Both the position numbers and the translations under genes were made by a program. Positions 36,801-50,100 of a stretch of 64,000 nt of DNA are shown here, piece after piece (position 1 is the first letter of the stretch; every line of letters begins with the position of its first letter). Origin of the DNA: Balanoglossus misakiensis (lineage: Eukaryota > Animalia > Hemichordata); assembly GCA_040954595.2 (NCBI GenBank), contig CM082579.2, forward strand, positions 13,145,834 through 13,209,833. Direction: 5' to 3'. The notes beneath the pieces are model-generated. The model did not search any database. It worked only from the letters and a program-made list of their open reading frames with translations, and was not told the DNA's origin.

Positions 36801-38608
36801 TGGTTGAATGAAAATTGCATCGAAAGTGTATAAAAATTATGACAGCGACAAAACACATGGTTGCGTTGATGTTTAAATACGCTCTGACGTGTCAGTCTAC
36901 AGCGAGTTCAACATGAATTTTGCAGTGTTCAGTGTGACAAATAAGACAATCAATTTGCACACGAAGCCATTCCGTCTACTTCCGCTACCGCACCATCTGA
37001 TACTGACGGCCACATTCAAAATGCGTTTTTGATCACTGATGTCCACTTTTACTGAAGTCGATCTGCCTGACAATAGATGTTTCCCAATAGCTATTACAAT
37101 GATAATATTCAGCTGTTTGACGAACTTGGTGCAGACTGGAACAAATTAGACATGGCTACCGTGGCCAGAATAATAGAATCTCACACACCAAATGACCTGG
37201 GATCATATTTCTCGCTAGATATGATCCCAGGTCCTTGGTGTGTGAGATTATATTTCTCACACAGCCACAATTTAGCCAAATTCGTTAAAAAATTGAATAA
37301 ACGACTCTGGAACTGTAGTCTAGGCACGTTGAAGTCTCTGTCCCTGTAATACACATCGCGTCATTGGATAAAATTTAGTGCGCGTTTGCAAAAGAACGCT
37401 TTGTCAACCAATCAGCGCGAGCGTCAGATACAGCTTTCGATTCAGTGAAAGTGTGGGATCAATTTGTTCTCACACTCCCAGTGTGCCAGGAGTGTGAGAA
37501 CATTGTGCGTAGTGAGAGATAGTCTGTACAGTGTTGTTAGACCATCGTGTAGAATGTGTAGAGACAGTAAAGAGGCCAAGACATGGGGCCAAAGTAAAAT
37601 GAAAAAAAAACTCAGATGCCAGATCCCACCAGGACAATATTAAAGAATAATACTTAATTGTTGGATTTCAGTGATTTGCTGTGCATTTTATTTTATTCTG
37701 AGAGCATGTGGAAATACTCAGAATATGTTGTGCAAACACCAACTGTATATATAATGGCCTGTTTTTTTGGTGGGGAAATACAGTATTGAATTCAGTTACA
37801 AATACTGTACATGTATCAGAGATATTTCTGGTAAAAAGCAAAACAATTATCTCGCATTGTCTGCATTTGTGCAAATATGCCAGAGAACTGGTTTTACCTT
37901 CTGCCTAAAAACATTTAAAAAAATTTTTCGCTCACCACTTCTGGAACAAGGTCCAAAAAATCAATGCACAACATTTAAAGTATGCGAAAACAAACCAACA
38001 CTCGAGCACAAATACCAAGAACATCAAACCAGCGTGAACGAAGTCATCGACGATGACTTTTTTCCAGCAATGATATGAAATTAAACAACTGTTTAGTTCC
38101 ATGAAAACGGTCATGATAATTGACACTGATTGCATAACTTCAGATGACTATACGGGTATAATATGAAATTGGAAACGATCAGCATTTCCACAGTATTTGT
38201 GATTACCCATTCTGTCTATTTCTAGGATGTTATTGGTCATTACTGCAAGTTTCTGCTCATTACTGCTCGTTACAAGTTTTACAAACACCCAGAAGTCATT
38301 TAGAAAGGCACAAAATAACAAGTCCATAAAAAACTGAGCATGAGTCATTGTCATGTAGCCTGCATAAAGTAAAACTTGATGGATTCTTACACAATTTGCA
38401 TTACCTGGCATGTGTACTGCAAGGCAATGCCTGGAGTTATAGAGGGTGTTTGATCGCGGGAATTTGTCTTTTGTGTCACATGCAGTTAAATTACTCCTCA
38501 TTGTCACCACGACCCCCAGCTCATCATTTATAGTTTCCTGTACGGCATCTGTTTGCTTTTTTCAGATACGAGAAACTAGGAGCTGGGTTGCAGGATGGCG
38601 AACACTGA
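30946..38608 (+). CDS. Putative host gene: ~206-aa single-pass membrane protein with a coiled-coil C-terminal region; not recognised
   Basis: Seven GT-AG exons with matching phases: 30946-31011, 31735-31809, 33072-33110, 33468-33536 (LYEVNWQWLLIAVAVVAVVCCVF, TM-like), 34216-34412 (helical, charged), 35542-35673 and 38566-38608 (RYEKLGAGLQDGEH*); 621 nt in total. The N-terminus may extend upstream through a 20-nt candidate exon at ~30574-30593. Confidence 0.72.
31118..31253. repeat. Short inverted-repeat element (MITE-like) in a host intron
   Basis: ctgcgtattcacgcatgtagaatttc ... gaaattctacgtcatgcgtgaatacgcag. Confidence 0.6.
33570..33985 (+). repeat. Compound microsatellite (TATG/TGCG/TG/TGGA)
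   Basis: Direct observation; source of the spurious HT/MYVC-rich ORFs. Confidence 0.95.
35352..35505. mobile_element. Small TA-flanked MITE (CTGT...ACAG)
   Basis: TA|CTGTggaacaggttattttcgcgag ... ctcgcgaaaataacatgttttACAG|TA. Confidence 0.75.
36390..36741. mobile_element. Tc1/mariner (pogo-like) MITE with perfect 25-bp TIRs and TA TSD
   Basis: TA|CCGTAGTTTGCCGGGTAAGAGCCCC ... GGGGCTCTTACCCGGCAAACTACGG|TA; internal repeat tcgaggccatatccgg-ctaaagccccc. Confidence 0.9.
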
Positions 38609-38890
38609 TCTGTATGCCACCTGGCAGATTGAAGTCTGACTACCATTAGTACCATGCAGAAACTAGATGCTGGTTTGCAGGATGGAGAACACTGATCTGT
38701 GTGCCAACTGGCAGATTGAAATCCGACTACCATTAGTACCATGCAGAGACTAGATGCTGGTTTGCAGGATGGAGAACACTGATCTGTGTGCCAACTGGCA
38801 GATTGAAGTCCGACTACCAATAGTACCATGCAGAAACTAGATGCTGGTTTGCAGGATGGAGAACACTGATCTGTGTGCCAACTGGCAGAG
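38571..38890 (+). repeat. 87-bp minisatellite (~3.7 copies) spanning the host gene stop codon and 3'UTR
   Basis: gaaactagatgctggtttgcaggatggagaacactgatctgtgtgccaactggcagattgaagtccgactaccattagtaccatgca repeated with an 87-bp period. Confidence 0.92.
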
Positions 38891-41800
38891 GAATGCTGCA
38901 AGATGATTTGGACCAGAAGTCCCACTACCATGCAGTCTCCATGATGCCTCATCTGTCAACAGAGGTCCGTAGACGCATGGACTCCCAGCTTGCAGTGCTT
39001 ACGGTAGTTTTGGGGGCATCCCTGCCATGCATTTTTATATATTTGTGTAAATTTAGTTAATTTTCGTGTACACATCTGTATTTGAACGGTTTATTTAATT
39101 AGGTATATTAAGTTATTTTGTTAGTTGTTACTTGTAGTTATAGTTAGTTATAATATAGTATAGTTATAGGGTATTTATGTTTGTTTGTTTGTTTGTTTGT
39201 TTGTTTGTGTGGTGTAAGTGTGTGTGTCATTCAAAGTGTAGGGTACCTGTTTATAATACCACGGTCACACTGGTAAAAATTTGAAACATTTCGGAGATAC
39301 TATTTGCCTTTTGTAAACACAGAGAATTAATCCTTTGAGTCGCTTGTGTCCACACACACAAAGTTTATGTATAGGCGCTGAGGCTCAGCCCCATAGATAA
39401 TGGGTTGTGGAGAGGTGTTAATCCTTACATCAGGTCTGGTTGCCAAAACCGTCTCAAAATTGATAACCAGTGATTCAAATTGCCCATTTGACATCAAACC
39501 TTCAATATTCAGAAAAGATGTCAATTTTCTATGAGTTACAATTATTGTTTTCATAATGTACAGAAAAGTTTACATTGGATCACTTAGTCATTCCGCTATT
39601 CGTTTTCTTTGATTTTGAATATATCTAGTTTTGTTTACACTTCCCTGACTGTGTGCTTTACGATAAAATATACACTTTACGTCAGGGGTACCATGTGCAA
39701 ATGTCCACTACCGAGCTTGGAGTAAGAATTCTTGAGCATTCAGAAAAAAAAATCTCTGCATTCAGAATGTTTTTTATCTCTGTCATTCAATTTTGATTTT
39801 GATTATATCTAATTTGTTTACACATGGTTCCATGACTGTGTGTTTTACGATACACATTTTCATTGATTTGTTTCACAATATAATCTAATGTGGATGTTGG
39901 TCCACGTTGGATGGTATTGTGACGTGTTGTTTGCAGTGAGGTTTGATACAGCTCCCAGCAGACGCCACTTTGTGTGAATTTCTTCACGTCATCGCCAATT
40001 TGTCACTTTTGTGGGTTATTTGTTTGGTGTTATGATTTCGCCCCTTTAACTGTTGATCCAGTAGAGACAGTGTCATTAGCAATGGATTGCCTTGCATAAC
40101 TTGACGAGGAGAGTCCATGGAAAGTCAGTTTTATTCAAGAACTAGATTAGGCGGAGCCTTGGAAGACTAAATCGTAGAATTTGTAATGATAACTGTTGAC
40201 CCTTTGATACAAGGTGTCTGTAAAGAATTTGGAGTCGCTTTGAGATAAAAATTCAGAAAATGTGGACCATGACATTGAGAGTTCGTCCCTACAATGATTG
40301 GAAGTCTTCTTTCACGTTCAAAAAACATGTGCTAATTATAGAACATACGTATTAAGAGAGTATGTTGAACAACATCTTTGGAGAACATATAAACAGAGTA
40401 TACTGCTTTGTATTGTCTTGTTAGCCTTTGTGTAAATTACAGGCTCTTGCTTCTAATACTTGTGTCAAACATTTTGCTACACCCACACCCATAGTGGGTG
40501 TATTGTTTGGGTGCTACTTCTACTTTCATACTCCTATGGCCCATGTGTGTCCTGACTTCAATATTGCAGAATCTTGTATTAGAAATGCAGCTTTATGAGG
40601 CATGGAGCCACCGGCCCAGCTGTAGTATTTGCAACCTTGTCCACTTTAGCATTGGTTCATATTTACATATTATAACTGCTGTCTTGAAATCTAGCAGTAT
40701 CACTTGAGGGTGGTTAGTAGCATTGTGCTGAGAACACTTGTTCAGTAACTCTTGAAGTCTATAAAGTGAATTATTTTGCTCCTATAGTGGAATATTTCAG
40801 CAGATTTCCCACTCCAACAGACAAAAAAGGGTATTTATCCCCATCACTGATTTTACCGAATATGGAAGTGAATGGCGGATGATCTGTAACAGACATGCTC
40901 TATCACACTGCTGACTTCTGCACCGGGGCTTCTGGGATACAGCTATGTCACATATATACCCCTATTCATCGGAGGCAAGTGTCTAGCATGCCATTTGGGG
41001 ATGCAGCAATCATGGATCACCACAGGGTCCCACCCTGGAGGACAGTTCAACTTGGCATTCAGCTCACAAGGCAGAAATGTGTACTTATAGCAAATGGGTT
41101 TCCCAATGGCTGCCCATATGCGATGTCTCTTTAATTTTTAGCAGTTGTCAGAATTCCTTCTTCCTTGCCGCAAGTGGCATACTATTCTTTCCACATTACG
41201 AAAGTATCATTTGATAGGTTACCGGTATACATGTACATGTGCGTGTACGTATGATATTACGGAGGTGCAGGCAACACCTGTGGGGTATACGTCCACCTGT
41301 GATCACTAAGATACATCTTTCAGCTAGTATACAGCCTCTGATCATAGTGATCATCTTCCTTGTGTCTTTACTAATGAAACACACCATTTACCGGTGTTGT
41401 CTTTGATATCTCTGATATTGTCAGCTCTGTCAAGTTGTGGGCAGCTTCATCTATCTGAGACTGGTCATCTGAACTTCATGACAACTTTTTTACCATGGGA
41501 TCTTATGGATATTGCTCAAGCCAAATCACTCAAGTGTAAAAATGTTTCCATCAAAGACGTTACACATTGGGGACAGGCCTCAAAATGCAGTGAAATGTAT
41601 GGTGACAATCACCTGACAACCTTCGTGCTTCACTACAAGTCTTGATTTGCATCAGACCATTTTTTCTGCATGCCTGGCAGTCCAGTGTCGTGGGAATTAA
41701 CCCCTGTACATAAAACTGAGCTTCATGCAGTTCTGTCTTTTACTATATCACCAGAAAGCACATAGCCTTATCCATTCAAGTAGTGTTAGTAGACAAGAAC

Positions 41801-42599
41801 AGCCAATACCACATCAACCGACCAGGCACGAGCTCTGTTTAATTATTCTCTCAAATCCTTGTATTACTCATGTACTCACTGGATCCTGTTCCTTCAGCCA
41901 ATCCATTCGCAGTTTGCAATCTACATATGTATTAGTTTTCTTTTCTCTTTACTATTGTCTATGGTTCTTGGTATGTGTTGAGATGGTTTTAACAGCTGTG
42001 ACTTATCTCTATTGGCAGAGGCCCGTCTGGCTGATTGGCATTTTCATGATACACACAATTTGAAATAATGTCAAGGGAGCCAAGAAAAATACTTTGCCAG
42101 GAGGATGGGTAAGGTCAGAACACTCTATTCCTCAAAACTACTTTGAGCTAGACCTTCAACTCATGCTTTCAACCCTATGCTATCTTATAGCAGGCGCCCA
42201 GATCCACTTGTTTCTCACCATGTGATGACTATTTGTCCAGCCATGAATCATTGCTCCTCAGGAATTATGAATAGTCAGGCCATTTTAGCAAGAGTGCAGT
42301 GGAGAGTGCATTGTACTTCACCAAGGCATATACTGGAGATCATGCCAGCTGAGGTGGATGGTATATATCTCACCAGGAGACCAATTTGCTTTATGCAGTT
42401 TGTTAGCTTAGATCTTTGTTCTTCTTAATCACGAAGCCCTCCTACTTTGGGACTACTGGATGCAGGCTATTACTAAGTATGACACTGATGTCCACATCTA
42501 CATGCAGTGTTTGTGTGGTGAGTACCTTAATTTGTACAGTACAGCAGTGGATCTTGGAGCACCTATGAGGAACATAAGCTCAATACCCTTTCACATGTT

Positions 42600-43162
42600 C
42601 TGCCTGTGACGTATCCTGGATGTGAAATATCAAGACAAAGTTACTAACACCACTGTCCTGAAGAGAGTTGGAATTTCTAGCATGTACCTGGTACAGTCTG
42701 CTGAAGCAGAGACACAATACAATGGCTTGGCAATGTGCTCATAGATGATGGGTGGATCCTAAAAGACCTCCTGTATGGCGAACTGACACTTAATGGCGAA
42801 CAGACCAAAGCAGACCTGACAGTTACACCACAGGGATGTTTGCAAAAGAGACACGAAGTCTCTGGACATCAACACAAACTCTTGGGAGTCTAAAAATTAG
42901 CCTCAGACCGAATGACCTGAAGACAAGTGGTTGGCAACGGCTCTCCAACTTTGAAGAGACACTCGCCAAAACGTGTGAAGTCAAGAGACAGAGAAGGAAG
43001 GCATCAAGCCAGGCAAACAGCTCCTCCTATTTAAAGTATCAGAGAGACAGTCATTCTCACATTGGATTGACTAGATGCACCCGATGCTGTTCCAGATCTA
43101 GACCAGCATATCCCAGCATGACGATCCAATTGATCTCTCAAGACTGAAGGATGCCAACTGAA
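42600..43162 (+). mobile_element. Degenerate RTE-clade LINE 3' fragment
   Basis: Frameshifted remnants QDKVTNTTVLKRVGISSMY, WLGNV and KDLLYGEL; 3' end atctctcaagactgaaggatgccaact resembles RTE termini. Confidence 0.7.
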
Positions 43163-43811
43163 CGCACCTCATCCGTACTGCTTCCACATTGTAGTACTGT
43201 TTCATCTAGTGGAACACACACTGAAGGCAATGTATTGAGCACTTCACCAGCTATCCCATACATCTTCATTATGAAGATGATTTCTTTACTTCTGTCTCAC
43301 TTTAGAGAAGGGAAATTTACACAAAGGCTATTATTAGGGACAACTGAAGTATACTGTTTTTAGGATAAAACTCTTCCATGAATGTGAGTGATGGTTTTCA
43401 AAAGTCACACAACCTATGAATCAAGGTGTTATAACCCACCTCATCTGACATTGAAACAGACACAAAAGAAATGTTTACAACAACATCAAGAATAATATGT
43501 ACAGACATGTACATGTATCAGACCCACCAATAAGTATTTACGCACCCACGTTCTGCAGTGAAAACATTTCAGAAACATGAAATAACACACCTTGCAGACA
43601 GTTTTTAGCAAAATTTCAAATATATTTCACAAATTCACGAGAAATAACAGTCATACAACAAAAATCTTTCATCTGCGATTAAATTTGAGCGAGAAATATC
43701 GACGTAAAAATAGATGTGCGACGGAGTCAGCGAAACATTCCATTCTCTATGGGAACAACAATGCAAAGAACGTCATGAATATTCATCAGGTGAAATCGAA
43801 CGAACCAAATG

Positions 43812-44045
43812 TCAATAATGGATATGTCCACCCCTTCGCCTAATGACCTCTCGCTGGTGCTTCGGCATAGTATCGACGAGTTTCCGACACATATTTTGCA
43901 GGAATTGTTCCCAAGATGTTACTATGCGATTAAATAGGTCGTTGATGCTGTGTATTGGACGGGAATGAACGTCCAAGTCAATTAACTCCCACAGGTTCGC
44001 GATGGGGCTCAAATCAGGGGACTAGGCTGGTCACTCCAACGTTGT
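43812..44045 (-). pseudogene. Tc1-like transposase C-terminal relic
   Basis: LE*PA*SPDLSPIANLW...W...LVDTMPK...VIRRRGGHIHY* matches the Tc1 pattern WPxxSPDLNPIENLW ... GGxTxY. Confidence 0.8.
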
Positions 44046-46127
44046 AAAATTGTCGAACGGATAGCCGTAATCCTGGGGATTTTAAGCATGATTTCACTTA
44101 TTCAATGTTTACAAACAAAAATTATGCAACAACCTCCGACGACCTCGATCAGAATATTCATAAGCAAATCTGGCAGATTTTCCCGCTCCAAAATTTAATC
44201 AGAATTATATTTAAAAGGTCTGATTGGTGGAGATTAAAATATGAATAGAGGGAAATTAGCCACGGACACAATGGCGCGAAAAGTTAATGAAAATGAGTAT
44301 ACCGCCATTGCAATAATCATAGGAAAGTTCACTGACCGAAAAACACGCCGCGTATGCAGTCATATTCGGCGCGGCAACACATCTGTGTTGACTAAAATGG
44401 ATTAAACCTTCTGTAGGTTATTTATTTTCGGAAATAAGTTACAGTCGATCGATTTTGTGAATAATTTTTTATAGCAAACGTTCATGGTCAAGGTGCGTAA
44501 ATACTTATTGGCGGGTCTGTATATATAAAGCCTCTCTAAAGCCAGTGAATGGTATACTTGACAAATGAAAAATAACAGCATCTGGCAGTCATGCACACAT
44601 GTTCACTTTTGTCATATAATGTAAAGCCAAACATAATTTCGCAAACAAATTTGCACTAGAGATTGTAGCATCCTGCAATGTGTTGCAAGTAAATTCGCTG
44701 AAAATATAAAGTAATAGCTAGACACTCATAAAATGAAATCATACGCTTTGTATGGAATGTTACGTTTGTCACAGACTACATGCATCGTCATGGTGACTGA
44801 AATTCAACAGCCCATGCATCCATTTTTGCTGTTTATTAAAAAAATGATTTGCATTTATCAGAGGTTGCGTTTACGCAAAAATTATGAATTTTTGACGCCA
44901 AAAATTCTCATTTGACGTGAAAATCTTAATAAGTGCATCAATATTGACACATAGGAATGGCCTCTCTATTTGCACAATGGTCAACATAAACCATACGCAT
45001 ACGGCTCACTACCCCTGTTCCCAAGATGTTACTATGCGACTAAATAGGTCGTTGATGCTGTGTATTGGACGGGAATGAACGTCCAAGTCAATTAACTCCC
45101 ACAGGTTCGCGATGGGGCTCAAATCAGGGGACTAGGCTGGTCACTCCAACGTTGTAAAATTGTCGAACGGATAGCCGTAATCCTGGGGATTTTAAGCATG
45201 ATTTCACTTATTCAATGTTTACAAACAAAAATTATGCAACAACCTCCGACGACCTCGATCAGAATATTCATAAGCAAATCTGGCAGATTTTCCCGCTCCA
45301 AAATTTAATCAGAATTATATTTAAAAGGTCTGATTGGTGGAGATTAAAATATGAATAGAGGGAAATTAGCCACGGACACAATGGCGCGAAAAGTTAATGA
45401 AAATGAGTATACCGCCATTGCAATAATCATAGGAAAGTTCACTGACCGAAAAACACGCCGCGTATGCAGTCATATTCGGCGCGGCAACACATCTGTGTTG
45501 ACTAAAATGGATTAAACCTTCTGTAGGTTATTTATTTTCGGAAATAAGTTACAGTCGATCGATTTTGTGAATAATTTTTTATAGCAAACGTTCATGGTCA
45601 AGGTGCGTAAATACTTATTGGCGGGTCTGTATATATAAAGCCTCTCTAAAGCCAGTGAATGGTATACTTGACAAATGAAAAATAACAGCATCTGGCAGTC
45701 ATGCACACATGTTCACTTTTGTCATATAATGTAAAGCCAAACATAATTTCGCAAACAAATTTGCACTAGAGATTGTAGCATCCTGCAATGTGTTGCAAGT
45801 AAATTCGCTGAAAATATAAAGTAATAGCTAGACACTCATAAAATGAAATCATACGCTTTGTATGGAATGTTACGTTTGTCACAGACTACATGCATCGTCA
45901 TGGTGACTGAAATTCAACAGCCCATGCATCCATTTTTGCTGTTTATTAAAAAAATGTTTTGCATTTATCAGAGGTTGCGTTTACGCAAAAATTATGAATT
46001 TTTGACGCCAAAAATTCTCATTTGACGTGAAAATCTTAATAAGTGCATCAATATTGACACATAGGAATGGCCTCTCTATTTGCACAATGGTCAACATAAA
46101 CCATACGCATACGGCTCACTACCCCTG
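43906..46127 (+). repeat. 1110-bp near-perfect tandem duplication
   Basis: 43906-45015 and 45016-46125; only about two substitutions seen (gcgatt/gcgact, atgattt/atgtttt). Confidence 0.96.
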
Positions 46128-47114
46128 GGATCAAAATAATCACTTGCGTGTCCGACCTTTTGTACTCAAAATGTAGCTAATTTTGTTTGATGAATTTTAA
46201 ATTAGACATGTGTACGACGCAGGCTAAGTAAAAGGAGTTTACACATTTTTTTATGAATGCATCAAAAATACGCACTCAAAAAATGTTATCACGACCTCTG
46301 TTTATTATCAAATACATACAAATCTCCATATTAGTGGTGTAACATATTTTCAACCTCGATTAAAAATATTTGTAAAAGTACAAAGGCAAATATGGAGCAT
46401 AATGATAATCACCAAAATTCAGCTAGACAGATACAAATTCAAATGGTTATTTCACCAGGTAAAATTCCTCAAATTTACAAGCAAATTGGTATATTATCAG
46501 TGTTTCAGCCAGCTTTTGAAAGCTCACGGTACTAGAAATATCTCATGATTCATTCTGATGTATACCAACAGATAATCCTCAGTCAAATCAGACATAGTGC
46601 ACATGTGAACAGAGAATTGTAGATCACTAATACCAAGTTCGAGATCGTACTTTTAAGGCAAATCTTACTGTGAATAACCATTTCAAATTATTTTTTAAAT
46701 TATTAATTTTATAAAATAATCAAGCAATTGCATAGCCAGCTATACAAAGAAGTTTGAAGTAAAACAGGGACACTTGAAATACCCGTTTAATCAAACAAAA
46801 ATTGATTTTTCTATTGACAGAACAAATGAAATTTACATGTTAACTTTCAACAGAGACTGGCCACCTCAGTTAGTCCTTTGCGTGTTTCCTCCAAAGTGTG
46901 ACATTTGCAGTTCATGAATACTTTGATTCCTATGGCTTTTAAATTTTGATTTTGAAATTTTCACTCTAATTGCTCAACATACTTTTCCTAGATCAAAACA
47001 AATAAATTTATATGTACTTCATATCATTGTTAGCATGTAAAACAGAAAAAGTTATTAAATGGGCAACGTTCAATGATACAAATCATGGAGAGTTGTGGGT
47101 AAAATATTGTACTG

Positions 47115-50100
47115 TGAAGCATGGGGACATTGTGACCCGCAGCAGGTTAGAAAGGGGGACAAATCATGTTGTCGGGGGACAATATATCAGGACAGGGTTC
47201 TCCCTGGGAATAATCATAGAGTCGGGGCTAATTTCCATAAAATTTACATAATCATAGCTTCTTTTGGACATCACTAAGGCCCCTCAACATCGATAGAAAA
47301 TATTTAATGTTATAGCTTTATCAAGTGAATTTTGTGACGTCAATGCTGTAAATTATTACTGATAATGTATCGTGTTTTGACGTGGACGCGCGACACACTC
47401 AAGAACCAGCCAGACGTGGACAATTTCTGACTAAATAACGGAGCTTTCAAACAATGCAAACAATTTAAGGGCTAAAAAAGAAATGCAAACATACACAGAA
47501 TAAATACAATGTACTGCGATATTTATTAATTTCAAATCTGACCTTGGCTAGCACTTTGTTTATTTTTTCTTCCTAATGCGGCACTACATGTCATCTGCTC
47601 TTGAATCACGCGCAGTTTTCAACATGGCTCGGTCCTGCATGTAAAGCAAACCTCTCGATGATGCTGGATTTGACATTCGTTTACCATACATACTGTGCAC
47701 CATGTACCAAGCAGTCATGTCAACAAAGTTATACGTAAAAAGTTATGCCACAATTGTCACTGTCGTGTTGTCTACGCGGTATGGAGGGTCGATCGAGGGC
47801 GAGTTTGTTTATGTATTGCAACCTTCCGAGCACCCGTATACGTGAACTTTCCTGAGAACGCAAATGAATGCAAATATTGCCCATGTCCACGCCAAGATTT
47901 CACAAGAATCAAAACTTTTTCAGATATATTTCAGCAGAACCCTTAATGTATTTTCACTTGCATTAAAAAACCTTCTTTATTTATTTCCTGATGTTTGAAT
48001 ATGATACTAGAAATGTACAGTACATGGATTGACTGCAATCAGCTGATCTTTTGTTTACGCCATTCCTCTGTTTTCGATATCCGTGATCGAGTCTGAGTTT
48101 TTCTGTGATTTTTTTTTTTGGGGGGGGGGGAGGGGAGGGGAAAGATCAACATTCAGGATTAGATTAAAGGTACATGAGCTGCAACTGGATAAAAAATTTA
48201 AGTTTAAATAATCCCATATATCCTTTGAATTATGTCTATTAAATGATATTTCAAAATAGTATATCAAGATCACTTATTTATGACAAAATGGCCAAAAGTT
48301 AAAGAAAATCGAAAATTCCTGCAATATTGCGATCAAAAATGAAAATGTAATGTCCCAGCGGAGTACATTTACTTCCATAATTGTAGTTGATGAGATCAGG
48401 CTTTGTTTATGAAATTTTATAGTGGGAAATGCAACGTTTTCCTTGTTTCTAGCATTTTTTCACGGTGGCGGCCATATTCATTTGCAGTTTACTGGCCATG
48501 GGCCGCTGTTAATTTTATAACCCTGTGCAGACGCACAGACACATGGCATGACCTCCAACAAAAGTTGCTTCATCTTTTGTCATGTTTAGCTGAGTTGTTA
48601 CAATGCGCGCACGCGCTCAGTACGTTGCTTGTGTTACTAGGCTATTGATGCAATTTACAGGACGCCTGTCTAGAGATAACTTGTGCACTGAATGAAATGG
48701 CAGCGCACTGCTCTTGACAGCGTGCAGAGCTGCATTGCTTCTAGGGTGATTCAAGCCGTGGAAGGCGTGAAATCACTCAAATGTGTTCACTAATTGTCAA
48801 GAATTGAAAGGAAGTAGCCAGTTACAGTGAAAGCAAAGGTGGATGCAGAACAAAAGTATGGGAGGTGACAATCTGTCATATTGTTGTTCACTCAGTAAGA
48901 ATGTGTCAGAGTGACCCATGAAGATTTATTTTGTTGTGACAATCCAATATTTATTGCATCAAATGTCGCAAGGACGCACGCAAGCTGAAACACTGTATAT
49001 TGTTTTATTTCTATCATTTGGGATTTTAGATAGTATTAGTGTTTTAAACACAGAGAGAGCACCTATTTAAGATTCTAAGCCACCCATTTGTTTTTCCAAC
49101 TTATTATCTGAAACTTCCTACTTTTCATTAAAATTTTACAAAGCAAAGATAGTTCTGATAGACAGACAAAAACTACTTGTATGATAAAATTATACTGTGA
49201 CCAAGTGAAGGAATGTCTTGCTTGTGTCTAGAAATCCCATGTTATCACAGTCTACTGGTTAGGACCTTGCAGGCCTACAGATATTCAGATGACTGCTTTC
49301 AGGACAGTTACACTTGAACATTGCAGCCTTCTATTGCACTTGCACCTTAACTTTTAACCCCAATCTAACCTCTAACATTAACCTCTAACCTCTAACCACT
49401 AACCTAAATAGCAGGCAGGAATGTCCACGTTTTCTGTCCTTGAAGTTGATACCTCTGAATATTTGGCAAAAGTCACATTGTCTTTACACTTAAACAAAAG
49501 TGCCAATGTTGTATGACTGCCTACCAAATATGCTCTCTCTTTCAGTATTTCAGCTAGCGTGCGGCCTTGCGACATTTGACGCAATAAATGTTGGATTGTC
49601 GCAACGGAATAATCTTCATGGGTCACTGTGATGCATTCTTCCTGAGTGAGCAACAATGTGACTGATTGTCACCCCTGCACTTTTGCTTTGCGTCCACCGT
49701 TGCTTTCACTGTAACTTGTTACTTCCTTTCAATTCTTGACAATTTAGTGAACACAACTGAGTGATTTCACACCTTCCACGGCTTGAATCACCCAAGAAGC
49801 AATGCAGCTCTGCACGCTGTCAAGAGCAGTGCGCTGCCATTTCATTCAGTGCACAAGTTATCTCTAGACAGGCGTCCTATAAATCGCATCAATAGCCTAG
49901 TAACACAAGCAATGCACTGAGCGCGTGCGCTCATTGTAACAACTCAGCTAAACATGACATAAGATGAAGCAACTTTTGTTGGAGGTCATGCCATGTGTCT
50001 GTGCGTCTGCACAGGCTTATAAAATTAACAGCTCCCCAGGGCCGGTAATAATTGCAAAGGCAGGTAAATTTCATGGCCACCTGCCCTGATTTATGCCTAC

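Noticed and set aside
38524-38952. 142-aa minus-strand ORF with 29-aa repeats
   Set aside because: Antisense frame of the 87-bp minisatellite; the plus-strand terminal exon fits the splice phase better.
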